Translations under genes and position numbers: made by a program
Notes under the pieces: generated by a model
Seen by the model: only the letters and a program-made list of their open reading frames with translations
What the model was told of the DNA's origin: nothing
The model's database searches: none
Virus record (IMG/VR): IMGVR_UViG_3300042891_002337
Coordinates: 11,599 to 75,598 of that record
Strand: one strand, 5' to 3'
Length of the DNA: 64,000 nucleotides
Source: a virus
Part shown: piece after piece, positions 55,901-62,937 of the stretch
How positions within the stretch are numbered: position 1 is the stretch's first letter
Layout of the letters: each line of letters starts with the position of its first letter

Positions 55901-56069
55901 ATCGATTCTGAAAGCTTGCAAAGTCAGGCACCGTGACAGGCACGAATGCAGGGCCCTTCTCGGCAGTCCCAATGACTCCCACTGGTGTGCCTGTTGGCTC
56001 AAGTGCCCCGGCGACGAGCTCGATTTCCTGCTCAAAGAAGCCTGGGGATCTGAAAGTCTGTTCTGCCAT
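52974..56069 (-). CDS. contractile tail sheath protein (copy A)
   Basis: SPGFFEQEI, KGPAFVP, PWFAPAGFNR, INPIA.F, GQKTL, LNRVNVRRLL. Confidence 0.95.
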   Translation of the reverse strand: MAEQTFRSPGFFEQEIELVAGALEPTGTPVGVIGTAEKGPAFVPVTVPDFASFQNRFGGTDPNRPATYAVREALRHKQALTFIRVLGAGANSSTGDISTTRTAGTVRNAGFKITSAPFASVPRPWVKDGAVTFLTAKHYISASGGPREEVGFPIFTDNPSFNVAEGSATEVNLVRGVILPATGTRILTLGYDENWSHDHVDTAYLGPASNTAGLANRFKLVISSSAGIAYANDEGRPGLRILTASLNPVDTNYISKILNTDPDLFGTEKHLLYLDFPIEDEIAPVQVGATGDRTVGAFIGNSTWIDTFGRFDTRFTTPKTTPIISQPFGGQEYDLFHFETISDGEYSNSQFKVSIANIQASTDDSRPYGTFDVVLRRFSDTDIEPQFIEQYARCTLDPTADNYVAKMIGDKKVYYNFDTDENDERRLVISGRFPNRSINFRIVMNPAVENRQVPPTALPFGFRGIPVLKTNDSLNDGSSTLTFAGQTFGGSVRLSGSAGGGVENSLTGSILPPLPFRFKVTRGELGQSDPNVGAPGPNERVDSRFYWGVTTIQIPNSGSQDNAILNPNGGTLENKLIRNYTKFQGILQKDVLVTGSAADTFNANKFTLARVALANETLTFVTGTSDVHMREAAYIRNGIPNGNDYRVSVGGTNRVTLATLVASSSIIFNRFTPFNKFTTVFYGGFDGLNILDRDNRNMTDRAASVESSTSAIGSGLAAGAVETGLKANAAGIGTSNNIIAAYRAGVDIMTNEFSTNVNVMAIPGIRDTLVTNYAGNAAKDNSYIMYIRDIPSYDDSSSRLWIDSTVRTNVRNTSETFTGQGVDNNYVASYFPDVFVQDDVIGRRVKVPASVAALGAISFNDKVSYPWFAPAGFNRAALDFVNNVSVRLNQSDRDTLYDARINPIATFPQGGFVIFGQKTLQLATTALNRVNVRRLLLEVKRVVRSIANSLIFEQNNSVTRARFVSGVSPQLALIQAQAGIERFRVVCDATNNTDADVEANRMNGRIVIVPTKTVEFIAIDFVITPAGVQFP

Positions 56070-56133
56070 CTTGATTCTCCTTCACATTGGCTCTCAGTTG
56101 TAAATATCACTCACAATTCCGTCAAACCAACAA

Positions 56134-57366
56134 TCACCTGAAAAGCTTGTCTGGGTTCAGGGCTATTAGGATCTTTTCACCCTTTCTTGGAATGTGTGAT
56201 GTGACCCTAGCAAGAATTGATTTCCTCTCACCGGTCACGGGATCAATCTCATATTGAATCTCTTGCGTCTGACTTCTAAAATTATTCGGCGCAACTTCAT
56301 TCTTTACGCCGATGGCCGAACCATTTCGACCATATCCTTGCACCGATTCATTGGTCGCCACAGGTGATGTTCCGACCATCTGCGTGGGTCCCAGGTTGTC
56401 ATCGGTTTCAACCTGTGTGAGTATATGGTTATCTACATTGGTAGAAATCACGTTACCCTGTGGTGTCTCTCGTGGAACTCCTGATATACTCAGGTCGAAA
56501 GTTATTGTTGGAGCAGAAGTGTAAGTTCTAATTCCGTTTGGACTGCCTGGGAAGTTCGGTGCAACGAGGTACCCCGGCACTTCTGCGCTGATTGTTGCCT
56601 TGATAAGCCTCTCTTGATCTGTGAAGTCATCGAGGTTTGAGGCCATCGAGAATTCTTCTGCAAAGTATGCAACAAACCAGTAACCCTTTGAGGAAGGTAT
56701 TTTGATTGTTCTTCCACCTGGCTGCGGAAAGGAACCAAGCAACGCCTGAATGATGTCATTGAGCTGTTGCACGTACTGTGCCCATATGTTGATTTCATAC
56801 TTTGCCGTAAAGTACTTTGGGCCAGGAATGACTGTGACCTCGTAGATTCCTCTTCTCATATTGGGATCAAGGGCACGACCGGTTTCAAACGAAAATCCTG
56901 TTCGATTCTTCGGTGTTACTCCTGTGTTCTTGAATCCCTCAACACCTTCCAAGGCCTGGTACAGCGGGTCTTCCTTTGAGATCATCTTCTTGATTACAAT
57001 TTCACCGGTCCTGTCAAGCATGACATTGCCTTTGGAGTTCTCAAGGCCGACTCCCTGCCTCGATATTGCAATCATCGGAAGAATGAGAGCTCCATTCTTG
57101 TCTCGCAGCGGCCTCCTGCTTGCAGAAAGTGCAAACCTTTCACCGGATGCAAACACAACAGGAATTCTCCTCATTTCACCGGTTTCTTTCGAGGTGCTGT
57201 AGAACAGAGGAAGAGTCGTGTTGAACAGTTCAAAGAAAGCTCTGTCAACATCCTCAGGACCGCACGATGGAATGCTTGTTTCAGAAGGTGTGACTCCCTT
57301 CTCGTATCCTTGCGGCTCTCTTCCCTTTGTCGGAAGATTTCCTGATTCATACTTTGTTGACATCAT
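56134..57366 (-). CDS. tail terminator / sheath stabiliser (gp15-like)
   Basis: IPVVFASGER...RDKNG.LILPMI...P.Y....YE..IW.Q; position between neck and sheath genes. Confidence 0.7.
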   Translation of the reverse strand: MMSTKYESGNLPTKGREPQGYEKGVTPSETSIPSCGPEDVDRAFFELFNTTLPLFYSTSKETGEMRRIPVVFASGERFALSASRRPLRDKNGALILPMIAISRQGVGLENSKGNVMLDRTGEIVIKKMISKEDPLYQALEGVEGFKNTGVTPKNRTGFSFETGRALDPNMRRGIYEVTVIPGPKYFTAKYEINIWAQYVQQLNDIIQALLGSFPQPGGRTIKIPSSKGYWFVAYFAEEFSMASNLDDFTDQERLIKATISAEVPGYLVAPNFPGSPNGIRTYTSAPTITFDLSISGVPRETPQGNVISTNVDNHILTQVETDDNLGPTQMVGTSPVATNESVQGYGRNGSAIGVKNEVAPNNFRSQTQEIQYEIDPVTGERKSILARVTSHIPRKGEKILIALNPDKLFR

Positions 57367-58016
57367 TCATCTCCGTAGAAAGATGAAGACACTCCATCAC
57401 GGGATATTGACTTCGCACCAGTGATAGGAGCGTCAAGGACTCCCTTCTTTTGAAGATCTCTGACATCATTCGTTTCTCCATCAGAGTTGACCGACTGTCC
57501 CCTCTGCTGCGTGAATGTGTCTTGAACTGCGTCTGGTTCAATGAACTTCTCTTCAAGAGGACCGTTAGGACGCTTGTTGATGATACCATCCCTTGCCTGC
57601 TTACAAGTCGCCTTATAACCGGTAAGGTGTTCTATTTGACCAAAGATAGTGCTTGTCGCTATGACAGATGTGATTTCATAGAACACTGATCCGTAGCTTA
57701 GAACGTCACCTGACCTAATGTCTATTCCCTTGTCCAGCATGTCTCTGTAGTGAAAGTACGCACTTATTGTGTGGTATACTTCGTTGCCGTACGAGTTCGT
57801 CCTTGCTTCTGGAGAACTCCACTCAATTCTGGTATCGATGTCTATAGGCGGATCAAAAATCTTGTCTGTCGACTCAGCATACACGTCGTGAGTGTTTGAC
57901 AGGTCCTCTCGAACCCTGTAATAGAAGATCCGCTGTCCAATCACATCCTTTGTGACTTCTTTCGTGAGGTCTGATATGAGGTCAAGCTCACGAGATGTGA
58001 CGAAAAGTCGAGACAT
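57363..58016 (-). CDS. neck / head-closure protein (gp14-like)
   Basis: KDVIGQ.I.YY...VYAES..K.F..P; synteny. Confidence 0.72.
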   Translation of the reverse strand: MSRLFVTSRELDLISDLTKEVTKDVIGQRIFYYRVREDLSNTHDVYAESTDKIFDPPIDIDTRIEWSSPEARTNSYGNEVYHTISAYFHYRDMLDKGIDIRSGDVLSYGSVFYEITSVIATSTIFGQIEHLTGYKATCKQARDGIINKRPNGPLEEKFIEPDAVQDTFTQQRGQSVNSDGETNDVRDLQKKGVLDAPITGAKSISRDGVSSSFYGDE

Positions 58017-58019
58017 GAG

Positions 58020-59189
58020 TTATCCTATTGTGATTGCGCGGCCGACAGGAATCGGTATTGCCCTGAGAACTTTCTGCAGGTTATCGACCTTTGCTGCCTG
58101 CATCTCAAGAAGCTTGTCATAGGTCATCGTGTCCAGCATTTCCTTGAGTTGCGTCACAAGCTTGTCTTTCTCTTCCTTGCCTGAAGACACAAGGTCGGAA
58201 CCGTTGAGCTGCAGCTCAGCGTTCGGAATCGGTATGGAACTGAACTTTGATCTAATGAGACCAAGCAGTTCCTTGCACAGGGCGATTGTGTATTGCCTGA
58301 CCCATTGCCTTCCAATAGAGTTGACCCTTGAGAATCTGAGGTTTCCGAACGGAATGTTCGACATATTAGATGTGCCATACAGGCTCGGGTCATTGAATCC
58401 TGGGTTAAGGGGATTCATCTCGAATCCGACCCTTATGAACAACTTTAGAGGATTGTCTGCCGTTGGCATTGGAAAGATTCTCAGGTTCTTTCCTGTGATC
58501 TTGTAACTGTAGTTCGATCGCCTCACCTTGTTCGATATCGACATTTGCCCACCGCGAAGAATGTCCTCGAATACTGGGAGGACATAGAAGACGGTCTCAG
58601 GTGTGAAGGACTCGAAACTGAATTCGTTGTTGAGGTAATTGATAGCAGAGGTTGTGTCAAAGAACCTGTAGGCCGCCTGTGGCGAGTAATGAAAGACTTC
58701 AAGGATTCTCATCTTTCCGAGGTTCGGATTGAGTGATGAAGAAACTATAGGAACGCCTGATGAATCAAGCAGGTCTGTGTAAAGATTATAGTCCTGCCTT
58801 TGCGCAGTCAGGTTGATTGATCCTGACGCTGAGTCATACGCAGTTCCAAGTCCTGCATGCCCTGCATAGGGTTCAGCAAGTCTAAGGGCAAACTCAAGGG
58901 TGTTTCTTGGATAGGTCGCCTCTGCACCTGCCATTGAGCCTGTTGCATACCCCATGAAGTCCATCAGTTGAGACTTTGCCTGGTACTGATTCACGATTGA
59001 TCCGTACTCGCAGAATGCCTCCTCAAAGCAGGCCCATACCTGCTTCTTTGTTAACTCGACTGAAAGAACATCATCACCAAGCTTTCGCTTGACGAATGTC
59101 ACCATCTTGTCAGCCTCAGCCTGAAAGTCGGCATCAGAATCAAAGAAACCGAATGGCGTAGGTGAAAGTGTCGTCGTGAATGTCGACAT
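58020..59189 (-). CDS. neck / head-tail adaptor (gp13-like)
   Basis: KRKLG...L.VEL, WVRQY..AL.KELLG.IRSKF...IP....LNG..L. Confidence 0.85.
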   Translation of the reverse strand: MSTFTTTLSPTPFGFFDSDADFQAEADKMVTFVKRKLGDDVLSVELTKKQVWACFEEAFCEYGSIVNQYQAKSQLMDFMGYATGSMAGAEATYPRNTLEFALRLAEPYAGHAGLGTAYDSASGSINLTAQRQDYNLYTDLLDSSGVPIVSSSLNPNLGKMRILEVFHYSPQAAYRFFDTTSAINYLNNEFSFESFTPETVFYVLPVFEDILRGGQMSISNKVRRSNYSYKITGKNLRIFPMPTADNPLKLFIRVGFEMNPLNPGFNDPSLYGTSNMSNIPFGNLRFSRVNSIGRQWVRQYTIALCKELLGLIRSKFSSIPIPNAELQLNGSDLVSSGKEEKDKLVTQLKEMLDTMTYDKLLEMQAAKVDNLQKVLRAIPIPVGRAITIG

Positions 59190-59194
59190 TTGTA

Positions 59195-59224
59195 CTCCCT
59201 ATCCTAACTATGAAGGATAGGGAG
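59195..59224 (-). promoter_or_regulatory. 11-bp hairpin with the late motif ATAGTTA in its loop and the neck-gene RBS in its 3' arm
   Basis: ctccctatcct (59195-59205) / aggatagggag (59214-59224). Confidence 0.7.
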
Positions 59225-59239
59225 CATTTAACGATAGGA

Positions 59240-60280
59240 TCACCCCTTTATGATTCCTGCCAGCTTTTGCCAGCGCTCCATGATGACTTCATCCTGACTA
59301 CGGCGGTGTGACTCAGGAACAACTGGATCCTTGAAGTTGACCTGCCCAGACTTAAACATTGGAATTGCTGTTGAAGGAGCAGGTCCTCCGACCTTTGTGT
59401 CGAACTGTGGCATTATTGCCCTGGGAGGGGCATCACCTGGTCCAGGAACTCTCTTGCAGTTCAGTCCGATCTGGGTTGCAATCTTGTCAAGCTTAACATC
59501 ACGACTGTCGCTTGCTTTTGATCCACCGTATCCATTCTCTGCCAGAAAGTTCAGAACATCGTCTGTGAGGAATGGTGACCCTGCCTTTGGATCCACTACC
59601 TTTCCGACGTTATCAATGCAATACTGCTTGATTGCATTAGCGTCCATCGCGAGCAGGTTGGTGCCCGGTTCGCTTGTTGATGACGGAAGAGGAGCACCAG
59701 GACCCAAATTCTGCGCAATGACAACCTGACTGATTGCAAGCGCCTTGTATGGATCATCCTGTTGAATGAGACTCACTTGGATCTTCACATCAGGGTTTAC
59801 CACAATTGAACTTGACCACCTGTGATGGCCGTCAATTATGAACGTCTTTCCATTCTGGCCGTTTCCGGCCATGAGTATGTCAGGGGCAATCACTGTTCCT
59901 GCCAATGCAGCTTGAAGAGCTCTCGTCTCAATTCCCTTGGGAGTGAAGCAGAATCCTATTGAGTTAGGAAGTCCAATCTGTGATTGTGTCGGCCTTGCAT
60001 GTGTTGCAGGATCAATGTCAGCACCCTCGACCACATTGACAGATTCATCAGTTGGAGCACCGTCTGCTGACCCTTGTGCGAGAAGTTGCCTAACTGTTGC
60101 ATCCTTGCCTTCGGCAGAGTTTAGGAATGTCACAACCTTCTCGAGCTTTGCCTTACCTGACTCATTTTCTATTGGATCAACAATGCCGGTCTTGATTGCC
60201 TTCACGGCATCTTCCTTGGACATGTCCTCATTGAGTCTACCGAACATTGCACCATAAATTGAAAGCCTGCTTCTCTTCAT
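59240..60280 (-). CDS. ParB/Sulfiredoxin-like domain protein, probable capsid-internal
   Basis: RPTQSQIG...FIIDGHHRWS; C-terminal MERWQKLAGII. Confidence 0.72.
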   Translation of the reverse strand: MKRSRLSIYGAMFGRLNEDMSKEDAVKAIKTGIVDPIENESGKAKLEKVVTFLNSAEGKDATVRQLLAQGSADGAPTDESVNVVEGADIDPATHARPTQSQIGLPNSIGFCFTPKGIETRALQAALAGTVIAPDILMAGNGQNGKTFIIDGHHRWSSSIVVNPDVKIQVSLIQQDDPYKALAISQVVIAQNLGPGAPLPSSTSEPGTNLLAMDANAIKQYCIDNVGKVVDPKAGSPFLTDDVLNFLAENGYGGSKASDSRDVKLDKIATQIGLNCKRVPGPGDAPPRAIMPQFDTKVGGPAPSTAIPMFKSGQVNFKDPVVPESHRRSQDEVIMERWQKLAGIIKG

Positions 60281-60346
60281 TTGTTCCTCTTACGAAGATA
60301 ACTATGGGGCCAGAGGAATTGATTCCAATGACCCCATAGAAATTGA

Positions 60347-60835
60347 TCAGGCGCCGGTGATCGTAATAGTGCCAGATGTTGCTAGCACTGAGTAGTTGAC
60401 ACCATCGCTGATGAGAGAGACGCTAGATCCCGCTACAGCTGCTAGTGTGAGCTTTGATCCCTGGGCATTCTGTGTGCCACCATTGACACCCAGCTGTCCT
60501 GCAAACACCTTGGTTCCACCGGCTTCGGCTGAACCTGTGAGAGCGAAGGCGAGGGCTCCGCCTGCCCTGAACACGAATGTTGCACCAGGAAAGGCTGACG
60601 CGAGTGGAAGAGAAGCTGAGTGTGCAAAAGCTGAGGCGAACTTGTAGACACCGGGTGATGTCACAGCTACGTCAGCAGCATTCTGATTTCCTGTGATGTC
60701 CCTAACTGGTGAGAAGGGCAGCGATGTCATGCTGAACTGTGTCGTATTCACTGAGAATGTGTCAGTGTTGACTTCAAATCCTGAACCTGCCTGCTGAACG
60801 AGACCCTGTGACTGATTGTATACTACCTTTGGCAT
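60347..60835 (-). CDS. virion structural protein (possible head decoration)
   Basis: A/G/S/T-rich, beta-type; start MPKVVYN with AGGAGG; immediately after the MCP. Confidence 0.65.
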   Translation of the reverse strand: MPKVVYNQSQGLVQQAGSGFEVNTDTFSVNTTQFSMTSLPFSPVRDITGNQNAADVAVTSPGVYKFASAFAHSASLPLASAFPGATFVFRAGGALAFALTGSAEAGGTKVFAGQLGVNGGTQNAQGSKLTLAAVAGSSVSLISDGVNYSVLATSGTITITGA

Positions 60836-60929
60836 GTGAACCTCCTGTGCTCCGAATGCTTCCAATCCCCTGTCGGTGTCAGGTGTTCACTGGACTGGGC
60901 TTGACATTAACTATACGGTTAAACTACAA

Positions 60930-60951
60930 CGGCCACCCTTTCGGGTGGCCG
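60930..60951 (-). terminator. terminator after the major capsid gene
   Basis: CGGCCACCC-GAAA-GGGTGGCCG then TTGTAGTTT. Confidence 0.8.
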
Positions 60952-60975
60952 CGTAGTGCCTTATCGGCTAGAACA

Positions 60976-62895
60976 TCAGATGATGTTCATGTCGAGGCAG
61001 GTGACCGTGCCGTAGAAGTCGGAGCGAACCATCTTCTTGCCGTACCTGGTCATCACGCCCTTCCTCGGTGTGAAGTCCTCGGGTGCGAAGATTGTGGGGG
61101 TCACAATCAGGGGCACGTAAGGAGCGTACACGTATCCGGTCTCGAGGTAGCTGCCACCCTTGAAGCCGACGAGGATCTTGTTCCTGGGGAAGTAAGGATC
61201 CTTGTAGACTGTGAAGCGGTTGCTGAGTGTACCGATCTTCTCGGCGCCGATGGACATCGGGGAGCCGACCTGACCGGAACCGTCGATCGAGTAGACGGGC
61301 TTGTAGAGGACCGAAGCCTCGAGGACGGTGGCGACATCGGGTGAAACCACGATGAAGTTAGCCGAACCACGAAGGGTCTTGCGGTGGATCTCGTTGGCAA
61401 CGTCGATGACGGTCTCGATGAGAGTCTCGTACCACTCACGGACCGTGCCGGTGAAGGCGGGGCCCGGGGTGAGTGAGGTTGCACGAGAGACCTCGGCACC
61501 GTTGGTCTTGTTGACGAACTTGCCTGGTGAACGTGACCAGTAGTAGTTCGCACCGGAGGCCTGGACGAGCAGGTCGTTCAGAATCTCGCGGTCAAGCTCA
61601 AGGGCGATCTGCTCGGAGAGGATCTGGGTGAGCTCCACCTCAGCGTCGAGGCTGTGGTAAGCGTTGAGATCCTGAGCGAGCTCCGGTGACCAGCGAGCGC
61701 GGAGCTTGCGGGTCGTTGCGGTGACCGCGATTGACTCGATCTTGATGTCGATCTCGGGGATCGCAGGTGTAGGCGAAGTTCCGAAGTCAGACTCGAAGGC
61801 CGGAATGGTGAGGGTTGAACCGCTTGAAGTCTCAACATCGAGAGCCGAGTCCTTGATGTAGGAGATAGCGAATGCTGCGTTATCGTCGTGAGTGCTATCA
61901 AGTCCACCGGAGAGGACCAGAAGGAGCGCGGTGTCGGCGGCAGCATTGGTTCCAAGTGTGAGCAGGGGATTCGGTGTGAATGTCTTCGCAGTAGAATCCC
62001 ATGTTCCAACCTGGTTGAGTCGACGGACGTTGAGGATAGATCCACCCTGGATATTGACCGGAATGGTCACAGGATTTCCAATGGTGGAAGTTCCGAACGT
62101 GCTGAGAGCTGCGCCCTGGGGGAAGAGACCGACGTCCTTGACCAGCGATGCATCGGTGTCAACGGCATTGCCCTTGATGACGACGAACGAGAACACACCG
62201 GCAGGTGTGCCATCGATCAGTGTGCTGACCTGTGGGTCGAACTGCAGGAGGCGACCGTTGCTGCCTGATGTTGAGGCGGCTGTCTCAGCGGTCCAGACAC
62301 CGGAGCCGTTGTAGGCGCCGTAGTCAAGGATCTGAGCAGCTGTAACCGACCCGGAGGCGTGGACCTTTGAGTAGCCGGATCCGACGAGGTCGTACTGGCC
62401 ACCGGTTGCAAGCGATCCGGACTGGACGCCCTTACCAACTGGGCTGTTGTAGATGGACTGGCCGGCCTGGTACACACCGTAGTTGGTGGGACCAGTTCCG
62501 TTGAGACCGGCATTTCCACCACGGGCTGTGCCGTAGGTGTAGTCCAGATAGAACAGGAGGCCTGATGGGAGGCTCATGGGCTGGATTGAAACCAGCTCAT
62601 TTGCAACCAGGCCACCGAAGACCCTGCGGACGATGGGGAAGGCGATGTTGGTGAAACCACGGATGTCGCCTGATGATGTAGTTGATCCGCCACCGGTCGA
62701 GAGTGAGTTAGACTCCTTAAGGATCTGTGCGGTCTGGTTCTCGAGAAGGCGGGCCATATTCTCCTTGTTGACTCCATCGAGTCCACGGAGGAGACCGGTA
62801 CGGTTCCACTTCTCGGTGAGGCGACGGTTCTCGGCGCCAAGGTGACGCTCGCGGATTCCCTCGGCGAGCGTATCTAGTGAGAATGCCTTTGACAT
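60976..62895 (-). CDS. major capsid protein (T4 gp23-like) with a large insertion
   Basis: FPIVRRVF, VSIQPM..PSGL.FY, RKLRARWSPELAQDL.AYH..DAE.EL, YAPYVPL, F.PRKGVMTRY. Confidence 0.97.
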   Translation of the reverse strand: MSKAFSLDTLAEGIRERHLGAENRRLTEKWNRTGLLRGLDGVNKENMARLLENQTAQILKESNSLSTGGGSTTSSGDIRGFTNIAFPIVRRVFGGLVANELVSIQPMSLPSGLLFYLDYTYGTARGGNAGLNGTGPTNYGVYQAGQSIYNSPVGKGVQSGSLATGGQYDLVGSGYSKVHASGSVTAAQILDYGAYNGSGVWTAETAASTSGSNGRLLQFDPQVSTLIDGTPAGVFSFVVIKGNAVDTDASLVKDVGLFPQGAALSTFGTSTIGNPVTIPVNIQGGSILNVRRLNQVGTWDSTAKTFTPNPLLTLGTNAAADTALLLVLSGGLDSTHDDNAAFAISYIKDSALDVETSSGSTLTIPAFESDFGTSPTPAIPEIDIKIESIAVTATTRKLRARWSPELAQDLNAYHSLDAEVELTQILSEQIALELDREILNDLLVQASGANYYWSRSPGKFVNKTNGAEVSRATSLTPGPAFTGTVREWYETLIETVIDVANEIHRKTLRGSANFIVVSPDVATVLEASVLYKPVYSIDGSGQVGSPMSIGAEKIGTLSNRFTVYKDPYFPRNKILVGFKGGSYLETGYVYAPYVPLIVTPTIFAPEDFTPRKGVMTRYGKKMVRSDFYGTVTCLDMNII

Positions 62896-62937
62896 TTCTA
62901 ATACTCCTTAATGATTGAAAGATAGTCCCGGCCTGAT

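Noticed and set aside
49465-56069. Bacterial eCIS/tailocin locus, suggested by the duplicated sheath
   Set aside because: Capsid, scaffold, neck and a full replication module are linked, so this is a phage.
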